A stretch of 64,000 nucleotides of DNA from Longimicrobiales bacterium (GTDB taxonomy: Bacteria; Gemmatimonadota; Gemmatimonadetes; Longimicrobiales; Gaopeijiaceae). Under the pieces are notes generated by a model. The model made no database searches and was not told the DNA's origin. It saw nothing but the letters and a program-made list of their open reading frames with translations. The stretch's first letter is position 1, and every line of letters begins with the position of its first letter. Both the position numbers and the translations under genes were made by a program. Positions 19,280 to 28,492 of this stretch are shown in pieces. Where the stretch lies: assembly GCA_965116905.1 (NCBI GenBank), contig OZ220732.1, forward strand, positions 1,728,001 through 1,792,000. The letters are read 5' to 3'.

Positions 19280-20526
19280 CAGCCGATCCTGATGCTTTCG
19301 ACGGGTTTCACTCGTCCGGCGCGCCACGCCGGATAGATGCCCGCGAGGACCACGGCCGCAAACGCGAGAGCCACGATGCGGACGGCGTTCTCGGGGTAGA
19401 TCCCGAACTTCAGCTGGGTCGCCATCGCGACGCCCGAGATCTCGGTGGAGCTGTCGCCGAGCATGGCGCCCATGTCGATGCCGACCCGGCTGAGGTACAG
19501 ATACGGACCGATGGTCAGCACCCCGGCGAGCACCAGGCCGATCACGCCGAGCCACACGCTCTCGTAGACGACCAGCCGGAAGAGCTTCGCGGGACTGAAT
19601 CCTACCGCCATCATGATGCCGAACTCGCGCAGCCGCTCCATGACGCTGACGAACACCGTGTTGAAGATGCCCGCGGCGACCATGAGCGCGATGATGCCGA
19701 TCATGATGACCCCGCCGCCCACCTTCATGGCGATGAAGGTGTAGAGGTCGGGGCGGCCATCGAACCAGGGGACTGCCGCCACTTCGGCGCCCAGCTGCTC
19801 CTGGAGCCGGGCGGCCAGCGCCTCCGACTCTCGGTGGTCGGCGATGAAGATGGCCACTTCGGTGGCTTCGTCGGGGGCGAAGCCGAGCACGCCGCGTGCC
19901 GCCTCGATCGGCAGCAGGACCACCCCGACGTCGATGCTGGGAGAGCCGGTGCGGAGGATTCCCCGTACGCGCCCCAGTCCCGCCACGATCTCGCCGCTGC
20001 GGTCACTGGCCGTGTAGACGACCCGGTCGCCGAGCCCGGCGCCGAGGTTCTGCGCCAGCTGCGCGCCGAGGACCATCCCGGTGCGATCGTCGGCCGCGAA
20101 CATCTCGCCCTCGGAGACCGCTTCCAGGTAGGACAGGGTGGTGGCGTCCTCGGAATCCGGGTCGTACGCGATGAAGGAGGCACCGTAGCTCTCGCGCGCC
20201 GTGCTCACCATGAGCTGGCCGCTGAGGCGCTCGACCGCACGGTCTACCTCCCCGGTGCCGAAGGCGGCTTCGATGAGAGCGTCCGTGCCGGTGACGGTCC
20301 GCGACAGGCTCGGCGTGTCCAGGTATTCGGGGTGTTGCAGCGTCACGTGCCCGCCGCCCATGCGCGCGCCCAGGTCGATCATCTCCTGCCAGTTCCGGTC
20401 CTGTGACGCCATCGAGAAGATCGCGAGGAAGACGCCAAAGGCGATTGACGCCAGGGTCAGCAGGGTTCGGCGGCGGTTCCGGCCCAGGTTCCGCCAGGCC
20501 ATCCGCCAGAGGCTGGTCTTCTTCAT
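19279..20526 (-). CDS. ABC transporter permease (FtsX/LolE-like)
   Basis: MAWRNLGRNRRRTLLT, SVMERLREFGIMMAVG, YPAWRAGRVKPVESIR. Confidence 0.9.
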   Translation of the reverse strand: MKKTSLWRMAWRNLGRNRRRTLLTLASIAFGVFLAIFSMASQDRNWQEMIDLGARMGGGHVTLQHPEYLDTPSLSRTVTGTDALIEAAFGTGEVDRAVERLSGQLMVSTARESYGASFIAYDPDSEDATTLSYLEAVSEGEMFAADDRTGMVLGAQLAQNLGAGLGDRVVYTASDRSGEIVAGLGRVRGILRTGSPSIDVGVVLLPIEAARGVLGFAPDEATEVAIFIADHRESEALAARLQEQLGAEVAAVPWFDGRPDLYTFIAMKVGGGVIMIGIIALMVAAGIFNTVFVSVMERLREFGIMMAVGFSPAKLFRLVVYESVWLGVIGLVLAGVLTIGPYLYLSRVGIDMGAMLGDSSTEISGVAMATQLKFGIYPENAVRIVALAFAAVVLAGIYPAWRAGRVKPVESIRIG

Positions 20527-20540
20527 GACTTCCTCACAAA

Positions 20541-20571
20541 CGATAGCATTATGATATCATTTCAATATCAA
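20541..20571. promoter_or_regulatory. AT-rich operator/internal promoter-like site between the two permeases
   Basis: Minus strand TGATATTG, TGATATCA, TGCTATCG at 11-bp spacing, including the perfect palindrome ATGATATCAT. Confidence 0.55.
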
Positions 20572-20578
20572 CCATGAT

Positions 20579-21811
20579 TCACTGGTGCCGCATGGCCTCG
20601 ACCGGCTTGATCCGCGCCGCCTTCAGCGCGGGGTAGAGCATCGAGAGCAGGACGATCACGAACATTGCGCTCAGGGGACCGACGATGATCGTCGGGTTGA
20701 CGACACCCCGCATGACCGGGTCGAGACCGATCCCGGTAATCGAGATCTGACCGCCGAGTGCCGCCAGGTCGATGCCCACGCGGGTGACGTAGTAGAGGAG
20801 GGGGATCGCGAGGATCAGTCCCGCCGCGGCGGCCAGCATGGCCTGGAAGAGGCCCTCCCACAGGATCAGGCGGATCACCTTCGTCGGCGAAAGACCCACC
20901 GCCTTCAGCAGGCCCAGTTCCTTGATGCGCTCGAATACGGCCATCAGCGTCGCGTTGACGAGCAGGATCGCGATCGCGAGGTAGACGATCATGAAGAGGA
21001 TGTACATGGTGCTCTCCACCGAGTCGAGCATCGTGGCCAGCGTCGGGAAGAGCTCGCGCCAGGTCAGGACATCGAGGCCGGGGGCCGCGGCCCGGATTTG
21101 GGCGGCCGAGCTGTCGAGGGGCTGGTCCGCGGTGTTGCGCACCACCACCTGATGCGCTCCGCCGGGGAGCACGAAGAAGTCGAGGAAGGCCTGGCGGACA
21201 ACGAAAACGCCGCCTCGGTCGGTTGCCTCGCTGAACGGCGCGAGTATCCCTCGCACCCGGAAGAGATCGTTCGCGATGCTTCCGTCGGTGGCCTGGCTGA
21301 GGAGGACGACCTCATCCCCCAAACCCACGTCCAGCGTTCTGGCAAGCCTGCCGCCGATCACGATCCCGGCGGGGTCGGAGGGATCGAGCCAGCGACCCTC
21401 TGCGACCCGCTCGTAGACGACGCTGACCCGCGCGTCCTGGTCGGTATCGACGCCCCGGAGCGAAACGCCCGCGGACGCCTCGCCCGCAGCCGCCAGCCCG
21501 CCCGCCAGGAGGCGCGCCGAGGCGTCGTAGCCCATGGCGCCGAGGGTGTCCACGAGCTCGGCCGGAGCCGCGATGCGGTCGAAGATGGATGGCTGGGTGC
21601 GGTAGTCCGGCGGGTAGACCTGCATGTCGCCGATCTCGACCTCGACGATCGTGGTCTCCAGGTCGCGCAGGAACCCCTGCACGAACGACGTCCACACGAT
21701 CAGCGTGAGGAGCGCCAGCGTCATCGCCCCGATGGTGGTGAGGGTTCGCCGTCCGTATCGCCACAGGTTGCGCCAGGCCATCACGGCGAGTTTCATGCGG
21801 TTGTGGGTCAT
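20579..21811 (-). CDS. ABC transporter permease (FtsX/LolE-like)
   Basis: MAWRNLWRYGRRTLTT, AVFERIKELGLLKAVG, YPALKAARIKPVEAMR; ATGA overlap with mmuM. Confidence 0.9.
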   Translation of the reverse strand: MTHNRMKLAVMAWRNLWRYGRRTLTTIGAMTLALLTLIVWTSFVQGFLRDLETTIVEVEIGDMQVYPPDYRTQPSIFDRIAAPAELVDTLGAMGYDASARLLAGGLAAAGEASAGVSLRGVDTDQDARVSVVYERVAEGRWLDPSDPAGIVIGGRLARTLDVGLGDEVVLLSQATDGSIANDLFRVRGILAPFSEATDRGGVFVVRQAFLDFFVLPGGAHQVVVRNTADQPLDSSAAQIRAAAPGLDVLTWRELFPTLATMLDSVESTMYILFMIVYLAIAILLVNATLMAVFERIKELGLLKAVGLSPTKVIRLILWEGLFQAMLAAAAGLILAIPLLYYVTRVGIDLAALGGQISITGIGLDPVMRGVVNPTIIVGPLSAMFVIVLLSMLYPALKAARIKPVEAMRHQ

Positions 21812-22773
21812 GCCGTAGTGTGCGGCTCGCCCGGTCCGGTGACAAGCGCGGCCCGCATCGCGCGGATGGCCTCGGGCCCGACGCGGCAGCATCCCCCCAC
21901 CGCCACCGCGCCCGCCGCGATCCAGTCCCGGCACGCCTCGGCCCACTCGGGTTCGTCGTCGGCGCGGCCCCAGGTCTTCGTCCCGGCATCCCATTCGCCG
22001 CCGCCGTTCGGGTAGGCGACCACGGGCCTGGTCGTCGCGGCGGCCAGCGTGCGGACGATTGGCGGCAGGAGGCGCGCGGGCGTGCAGTTCACGCCGACCG
22101 CCAGGACGCCCGCGGCTTCGTCCGCCCACGAGCCCACCTCGTCGAGCGGCGTCCCGTCGCTGGTGTGGTGTTTGTCGCGGCACGTAAATGTGAACCAGGC
22201 CGGCTTGTCGGTTGCATCCTCGACGATGTCCGCCAGCGCGCGCGCCTCGGCGAACGAAGGGATCGTCTCGCAGGCGAGGATGTCGGCCGGGGTGCTCGCG
22301 AGGAGGCGCAGGCGCGGGCGGTGGAAGTCGGCGAGCGCGGCCGCGCCGATGCCGTAGTTGCCGTGGTACTCGGAGCCGTCGGCGAGAAGGGCGCCGTAAG
22401 GGCCGATGCTGGCCGCGACGAGAGGGCGGGTGCGTCCCGTGCGGTTGGCCTCGGCGGCCCGGAAGCGGTCGCGTGCGCGAACCGCCAGGTCGACCGCGCC
22501 CCGGAAGACGGCCTCGGCCTGTGCATGCGCGACGCCCCGCGCGGCGAGTCCCTCGAACGTCGCCTGGTACGTCGCCGTGATCACGCAGTCGGCGCCGGCC
22601 CGAAGATACGAGGCGTGGACGGCCTCGATGGCGGCGGGTTCCTCGAGCAGGATCTTCGCGGACCAGAGCGGGTCGTTGAGATCGTGTCCCGCGCGTTCGA
22701 GCTCGGTAGCCAGCCCGCCATCCAGGAGCACGAAGCCCTGACTATGCAGGAAAGCGTCGAAGACCGAAGGCAT
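21808..22773 (-). CDS. mmuM: Homocysteine S-methyltransferase
   Basis: LLDGGLATELE, PLWSAKIL, SIGPYGALLADGSEYHGNY, ACETIPS, GVNC, GGCCRVGP (Zn ligands). Confidence 0.93.
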   Translation of the reverse strand: MPSVFDAFLHSQGFVLLDGGLATELERAGHDLNDPLWSAKILLEEPAAIEAVHASYLRAGADCVITATYQATFEGLAARGVAHAQAEAVFRGAVDLAVRARDRFRAAEANRTGRTRPLVAASIGPYGALLADGSEYHGNYGIGAAALADFHRPRLRLLASTPADILACETIPSFAEARALADIVEDATDKPAWFTFTCRDKHHTSDGTPLDEVGSWADEAAGVLAVGVNCTPARLLPPIVRTLAAATTRPVVAYPNGGGEWDAGTKTWGRADDEPEWAEACRDWIAAGAVAVGGCCRVGPEAIRAMRAALVTGPGEPHTTA

Positions 22774-24166
22774 AGACGACGATGACAGCGGCCGCGCAGC
22801 CCAGGAAGAGCGGCGGGTTGCCGGCTCCGACGCCGAAGCCGCCCAGGAGCACGAGCGCGACGGCGACGGGGATGACGTAGCGGAACAGGAATCCCCACGC
22901 GGCGCTTGCCCGGACGCGGCCGGCGCCCCGGTTCGCCTCCTCCTGGAACCGCTTCCAACCCCACTGCGACACGATGTACAGCGAGACCAGCAGACCGCCC
23001 GCCGCGAGCATGTAGTCGCTCGAAACGGTGTCGGCGAAGTCGAAGAAGTTCATTCCGAGGATGTGGATGTCGGCCCAGGGGCCCTGTGACATGATGACCG
23101 GCACTCCGACGACGAAGGATCCGATCGCGCACAGGAGCACCGCCTTCCCTCGGGTCATGCGCAGCGAGTCCACGACCGACGACACGAGGATCTCGAAGAC
23201 GGCCACCTGTGACGTGAAGCCGGCGATGATCATCAGGAAGAAGAAGGCGACGCCGAAGACCACGCCGCCGGGCATCTGCTGGAAGAGCGACGTCATCGTC
23301 ACGAAGAGCAGGCCCGCGCCCTGGTCCGGGTTCATGCCGAAGGCGAAGAGGGCGGGGAAGAGAACCAGCCCCGCAACCACCGCAACCCCCGTGTCGAAGG
23401 CGACGACCAGGGCGGCGTTGCCGGGCACGTCGCTGTCCCGCCGGTCCAGGTAGCTGCCCAGACCGAAGGCCGCGGCCATCCCGATGCCGATCGAGAAGAA
23501 CGCCTGCCCGAGCGCCGCAAGGTAGGAGGATGGCTTCAGGGCCGAGAAGTCGGGCGTAAGGTACCAGGCCAGGCCGGCGCCGGCGCCCGGAAGCGTCATC
23601 GCCCGCACCGCCAGCGCCAACAGGATCAGGACCAGCATCGGCATGAGGAACTTGGCGTATCGTTCGACGCCCTTTGCCACCCCCCGGCTCACCACGAACC
23701 CGATGAGCAGCGTGACGAGCAGCGTGTAGCCGAGAACCGGCCCGGGGTTGCCGATGAAGGTGTCGAATGTGGCACGCGTCTCTTCCGGCGACTGCCCCAT
23801 GCCGCCGCCGCCCAGGAGGATGACGAAGTAGGCCGTCATCCACGCGATGATCATGATGTAGTACGACGTGATCAGCACGGCCGAGGCGATCCCAAACCAG
23901 CCGATCAGGTTCCAGGGGCTGGTTTTCGACTCCGTCAGCCGCTGCATTCCCGCGATGGGCGTGAGCTGGGCCTTGCGTCCCAGGGTGATTTCGGCGGTCA
24001 TCAGCGGGATGCCGATGAAGATCGCGAACGCCACGTAGACGAGCAGGAACGCGCCGCCGCCGTTCTCGCCCGCGAGGTAGGGAAACCGCCAGATGTTCCC
24101 CAGCCCCACGGAGAAACCGGCCGTGGCAAGAATGAACCCGACTCTGCTGCTCCATTGTTCGCGCAT
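22742..24166 (-). CDS. Sodium-dependent transporter, NSS/SNF family
   Basis: REQWSSRVGFILATAGFSVGLGNIWRFPYLAGENGGGAFLLVY; ALGQAFFSIGIG. Confidence 0.95.
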   Translation of the reverse strand: MREQWSSRVGFILATAGFSVGLGNIWRFPYLAGENGGGAFLLVYVAFAIFIGIPLMTAEITLGRKAQLTPIAGMQRLTESKTSPWNLIGWFGIASAVLITSYYIMIIAWMTAYFVILLGGGGMGQSPEETRATFDTFIGNPGPVLGYTLLVTLLIGFVVSRGVAKGVERYAKFLMPMLVLILLALAVRAMTLPGAGAGLAWYLTPDFSALKPSSYLAALGQAFFSIGIGMAAAFGLGSYLDRRDSDVPGNAALVVAFDTGVAVVAGLVLFPALFAFGMNPDQGAGLLFVTMTSLFQQMPGGVVFGVAFFFLMIIAGFTSQVAVFEILVSSVVDSLRMTRGKAVLLCAIGSFVVGVPVIMSQGPWADIHILGMNFFDFADTVSSDYMLAAGGLLVSLYIVSQWGWKRFQEEANRGAGRVRASAAWGFLFRYVIPVAVALVLLGGFGVGAGNPPLFLGCAAAVIVVYAFGLRRFPA

Positions 24167-24443
24167 GGGGTGTTCGCGTACGTGATGTGGGCGGAAGGCG
24201 GAGGACAGAAGGTAGGGTACCGCGGGGATCGCGGCGAGGGACGGGAGGCCCGGAGATAACCGTTTGGCTTGCTCCAGGATTGATCCAGCCGCTAGTCCGC
24301 ATTCCGGCAGCGCTAGCTGAGAACCCGGGGAGCCATGCGCCGGCCCCGCCCACCTCGGGCGTGCGTATTCCGGGGCCGTCAGCTAGTGTGCCTGCTTCGT
24401 TGAGCAAGCGAACACGGACACGGGTTCAGCACGGAGGACAGTG

Positions 24444-26222
24444 ATGAGCGCATTCAATTATGGCCACCACAGCGGACGGACGGGACGACGTGCGTTTCTC
24501 AGGTCGACCGCCCTGGGTGCCGCCGCGGCCGGGCTGGGGGCAGGGGAGCTGTCGGGCGCGTGGGCGCCCTGGGAGCCGCGGAGCGGTGTGGCCAGTGCGT
24601 CGAACGGCTCCCCCACTCCCGACGACGAACGCCGCGCCCTCATCGCCGAGGCCCACTTCGGGCCCAAGACCGCCGCCACGTCCCGGGCCGGCATGGCAAT
24701 CTGCTCGCATCCCCTCGCCACTCGCGAGGCCGTGAAGATCCTGCGTGACGGCGGCAACGCCTGCGACGCCGCGCTGGCCGCGTCCGTCACCCAGACCGTC
24801 GTCGAGCCCCACATGACGGGCATCACCGGTGTGCTGAGCATGCTCCACTTCGATGCCGCCACGGGCGAGACCACCTACGTGAACGGCGGCGCCAACGCCC
24901 CGCTCGCCCCGCTGACCGGGTTCTCGGCCGCCGACATCGCCACCGGCCGCGGCCCCGGCGTGCCCGGATTCTGGGCCGGATTCGAGGCCGCGCTCGCACG
25001 CCATGGGTCCATGCCGCGCCGGCGCATCATGGAAGGCGCGATCACCTTCGCGCGCGACGGCTTCGAGACGCACCCGTTCCTGTGGGGCGAGCTCTTCATC
25101 ATGTGCCACAAGATCGGCATGACCGAGGCCGGGCGCCGCATCTTCATGCCCGACGGCTACATTCCGCGCCCCGGCGAGCTGCTCGTCCAGTCGGAAGCGG
25201 CGGATACCCTGGAGCGGCTCGCGGAGGAGGGCAACGACTATTACTACCACGGCGGCTTCGCGGAGGAGTACTCGGACGTTGTGCAGGCGGCGGGCGGCGT
25301 CATCACGCCCGAGGATTTCGCGCACTACGAGGCCCGCTGGCAGGAGCCGGCGTGGAGCAGCTACCGGGGCTACCGGATCGCGGGCTCGCCGCCGCCGGAT
25401 CACGGCGGTTCGCTCGTGATCGAGATGCTCAACATGATCGAGCTCATGGACCTGCAGGCCCAGGGTCCCCCCAACGAGTCGGCCGAGAGCCTCTACCAGA
25501 TGTCGCGGATCCACAACCTCGTCTTCGAGGAGGGTGGGAAGCAGAACGACCCGGACAGCCATCCGCTGCCCCTGGACGTGATCCTCTCGAAGGACTACGC
25601 CGAAATGCGCTTCAAGCTGTTGCAGATGGGGAGGGCGAACTCCCCGGCGCGGCCTCCGCCCCCGCCCCCGCCGGCGGGAAGCAACCACGTCACGGTCGTG
25701 GACAGAGCCGGCAACACGGCCACGATCCTGCACTCATGCATGTCGCTGCCGTGGAGCAACGGCCTCTTCGCGGCGGGGGTGACCGTGTGCGCGTCCGGCG
25801 CCCACTTCCTGCGCGTCATGCCCCAGCCCGGCCAGCGCGCCACCGCGTACGTCGCGCCCAACATCGTGTACAACCGCCAGGGCACGCCGATGCTCGCGTC
25901 CGGGTCGCCCTCGGTGGGCCTGCTGGCGAACATCGTTCAGAACACCACGAACATCATCGACTTCGGGATCCCCATTGCCGAGTCCGTGCTCCGGCCGCGC
26001 TTCGGGGGCCGGTCGCTGGACGTGCCGGGCTCCAGCATGGTCGAGGCGGACGTGGACGCGGACGTGATCGACAGCGTGCGGGACCGCGGTCACGCCATCG
26101 ACGTCGTCAATCCCTGGAACTGGCACCACGGGGCGTTCGAGGGGATCCACGTCGACCCGGACACGGGCGTACGCAGCGCGTGCGGAGATCCGAGACGGTG
26201 CTCGAAGGCGGAGGGGGAGTAG
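24444..26222 (+). CDS. Gamma-glutamyltransferase-family Ntn hydrolase, Tat-exported, atypical active site
   Basis: GRRAFL Tat motif; GGNACDAALA, VVEPHMTGI, GVPG, GGVITPEDF, G-SNHVTVVDRAGN, RPRF, GDPRR; GGAGG SD. Confidence 0.85.
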   Translation: MSAFNYGHHSGRTGRRAFLRSTALGAAAAGLGAGELSGAWAPWEPRSGVASASNGSPTPDDERRALIAEAHFGPKTAATSRAGMAICSHPLATREAVKILRDGGNACDAALAASVTQTVVEPHMTGITGVLSMLHFDAATGETTYVNGGANAPLAPLTGFSAADIATGRGPGVPGFWAGFEAALARHGSMPRRRIMEGAITFARDGFETHPFLWGELFIMCHKIGMTEAGRRIFMPDGYIPRPGELLVQSEAADTLERLAEEGNDYYYHGGFAEEYSDVVQAAGGVITPEDFAHYEARWQEPAWSSYRGYRIAGSPPPDHGGSLVIEMLNMIELMDLQAQGPPNESAESLYQMSRIHNLVFEEGGKQNDPDSHPLPLDVILSKDYAEMRFKLLQMGRANSPARPPPPPPPAGSNHVTVVDRAGNTATILHSCMSLPWSNGLFAAGVTVCASGAHFLRVMPQPGQRATAYVAPNIVYNRQGTPMLASGSPSVGLLANIVQNTTNIIDFGIPIAESVLRPRFGGRSLDVPGSSMVEADVDADVIDSVRDRGHAIDVVNPWNWHHGAFEGIHVDPDTGVRSACGDPRRCSKAEGE

Positions 26223-26241
26223 GGGACCTCGGCCAAACGAA

Positions 26242-26682
26242 TCAGCCGAACGAGATGTACCCTCCCATCTGGAAGAGCACGATGGCCGGGTCGCGCGAGA
26301 AATCGCCGAAGTGGACGATGAAGCGGGCTCCGTAGCGCCGCCCGAACGCCAGGCTCGCGCCGATGGTCTCGGACACCTCTCCGCCGTCGTACTCGATGCC
26401 CAGACGCAGCGCCGGGCGCACGAACCAGCCGGGACGTCCGAGCAGGACCGACGCTCCGACCCGGTTGGCCGTCCCCGCCAGGTCCACGCAGCGGTAGTTC
26501 TCCACCATGCCGTACAGGGACACCGGCCCGGCGACCCGCCCGTTGATGCCGACATAGCGTGCGGGGCACGCGATGGTGTTGCCGCCCACGATGCCGGCTT
26601 CGAGCATCATCCGGCCTGGCGTATCCTGCGCCTGCACCTGCGAGGGCAGCACAGCCAGAAACACGAGCGCCAGCTTCCGCAA
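26242..26682 (-). CDS. Small exported hypothetical protein (beta-strand rich)
   Basis: Signal peptide (VQA-QD), TTG start 1 nt after the GroES-family stop, C-terminal GGYISFG. Confidence 0.55.
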   Translation of the reverse strand: MRKLALVFLAVLPSQVQAQDTPGRMMLEAGIVGGNTIACPARYVGINGRVAGPVSLYGMVENYRCVDLAGTANRVGASVLLGRPGWFVRPALRLGIEYDGGEVSETIGASLAFGRRYGARFIVHFGDFSRDPAIVLFQMGGYISFG

Positions 26683-26683
26683 C

Positions 26684-27070
26684 CTAGAACAACCCCTCCA
26701 CCCCGCCGTCCTTCTCCCTTACCAGGGTGAGGATCGCAGCCTGCGGCACAACCAGGTACTCCTTGCCCTCGAAGCTGATCTCGACGGACGCCTTGCGGAA
26801 GAAGATGGCGAAGTCGCCGACCTGGGCCTGCACGGGCAGGTAGCGCGCTTCGCCCGAGCCGATCTTCCACGGCTCCTCGTCGAGTTCGGTAGGCGCCCCG
26901 ATCGGCGTCCCCGGCCCCACGGCCAGGACGCGGCCGCCCTGCACGGACTGCTGGTCCACCGCCGACGCCGGAAGGTACAGCCCCACCTTGGACCGGCCCT
27001 CGCCCACCTCGGGCTCGATCAGGACGCGGTCGCCGACCACGATGAGCTGCTTGCCGCCTTCGCCTTTCAT
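26684..27070 (-). CDS. GroES (Cpn10) family co-chaperone
   Basis: VGDRVLIEP, GLYLP, GRVLAVGPG, QVGDFAIF, EGKEYLVVPQAAIL. Confidence 0.88.
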   Translation of the reverse strand: MKGEGGKQLIVVGDRVLIEPEVGEGRSKVGLYLPASAVDQQSVQGGRVLAVGPGTPIGAPTELDEEPWKIGSGEARYLPVQAQVGDFAIFFRKASVEISFEGKEYLVVPQAAILTLVREKDGGVEGLF

Positions 27071-27081
27071 GGGTGCTCCCC

Positions 27082-28488
27082 TCAGGTCCGCGGACGCGCG
27101 TCCTTGATGATCTGGCCGTCCTTCATCACGAAGTCAACCTGTTCCAGCTCGGTGATGTCGTCCAGCGGGTCGCCGTCCACCGCGATGATGTCCGCCACCA
27201 TCCCGGGCCGCAGCGTCCCCACCTCGTCCTCGATGCCGAGCACCTGCGCCGCGTTCCAGGTCGCCGCGCGGATCGCGTCCATCGGACTCATCCCCAGCCG
27301 CACCAGCTCGGCGAACTCGCGCGCGGCCCACTCGTGCGGGAAGATCGTGTCCGAGCCGAAGGCGATCTTCACCCCGGCTTGAATCGCGCGCCGGACGTTG
27401 TCGTCGCGGGTTTCCATCAGCACCCGGCCCTTCGCGACGCTCTCTGCCGGGTAGCCCAGGGCGGGCCCCTCCTCGACCACGTAGTTGAGCACGTAGATGG
27501 TCGGGATCAGCCATGTCCCCCGCGCCTTCATCATCTCGATCGCCTCTTCGTCGATCAGGATCCCGTGCTCGACGCTGTTCACCCCCGCCGCGATCGCCTG
27601 CTTGAGGCCCTCGGTGCCGATCGCGTGTACGGTGATCCGGCGCCCCAGCCGGTGCGTCTCGTCGACCGCGGCCTGCATCTCCTCGTCGACATAGGCGGTG
27701 TGCGTGGGGTCGTCGCCCGCCGACATGACCCCGCCCGTCGCCATGATCTTGATCCAGTCGGCCCCGTACTTGACCTGCTCGCGGATCATGGCGCGGATCT
27801 CGTCGACGCCGTTGACCGTGCGCGTGGGCGTCTGGATGGCGGCGTCCGGCGCCAGCGTGTTGAGGTCGCCGTGGCCGCCGGTGGGTCCCAGGGCGTGCGG
27901 CGCCACGAAGAGACGCGGACCCGGGTGCTCCCCCGCCGCAATCGAGCGCTTGATCGAGACAATGGCGTAGTGGGTATCGAAGTCGCCGGGGTTGCGCACG
28001 GTGGTGAAGCCCGCGTGCAGCATCTTCTGGGCGGCGTGGAGGCCGTCGAGCGCGCGGTCCGCACTGGAGCGGTCGAGTTCGCTGACCGGCCCGTCCGGCT
28101 TGATGAGCAGGTGCGTGTGCAGGTCCATCATGCCGGGCAGGCAGGTGCCGCTCCGGATGTCGAGCGCGCGGTCCACGCCGTCGGGGACCGCGGTGCCGTC
28201 GCGCAGTTCGGCGACGCGGCCGTCCCGCACGATGACCGTGACGTTCTCGCGGGCCTCGGCCGAGATGCCGTCGATGAGCCGTCCGCAACGCAGCGCGGTG
28301 GTCTGGGCGGAGAGGGGGGCGGACGTGACGGGTGTGGCGGGGAGGAGGGCGGTGGGAACGAGAACGACCGCCATGAGCGCGGCCACGTGGCCGCGCGGGC
28401 GGGTCGGCCTCATGCAGGCGCGCCTGCGGGAACGGCCAGCCACGCGCGGACGGTTGGCCGCGAGGGTTCCGTCGTGCTTGGTTCTCAT
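27082..28488 (-). CDS. Metal-dependent amidohydrolase (Xaa-Pro dipeptidase-like), exported
   Basis: PGMMDLHTHL, GFTTVRN, IKIMATGG, VHAIG, VEHG, FGSD, G..ADIIAVDGDPL; start may be further downstream. Confidence 0.88.
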   Translation of the reverse strand: MRTKHDGTLAANRPRVAGRSRRRACMRPTRPRGHVAALMAVVLVPTALLPATPVTSAPLSAQTTALRCGRLIDGISAEARENVTVIVRDGRVAELRDGTAVPDGVDRALDIRSGTCLPGMMDLHTHLLIKPDGPVSELDRSSADRALDGLHAAQKMLHAGFTTVRNPGDFDTHYAIVSIKRSIAAGEHPGPRLFVAPHALGPTGGHGDLNTLAPDAAIQTPTRTVNGVDEIRAMIREQVKYGADWIKIMATGGVMSAGDDPTHTAYVDEEMQAAVDETHRLGRRITVHAIGTEGLKQAIAAGVNSVEHGILIDEEAIEMMKARGTWLIPTIYVLNYVVEEGPALGYPAESVAKGRVLMETRDDNVRRAIQAGVKIAFGSDTIFPHEWAAREFAELVRLGMSPMDAIRAATWNAAQVLGIEDEVGTLRPGMVADIIAVDGDPLDDITELEQVDFVMKDGQIIKDARPRT

Positions 28489-28492
28489 CCTT

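Noticed and set aside
24170..24440. SAM/SAH/TPP riboswitch upstream of NSS-mmuM or GGT
   Set aside because: Only fragments (CTGAGA, AGCGCTGC) are present; the full conserved cores could not be found by eye. Kept only as an unexplained hairpin.
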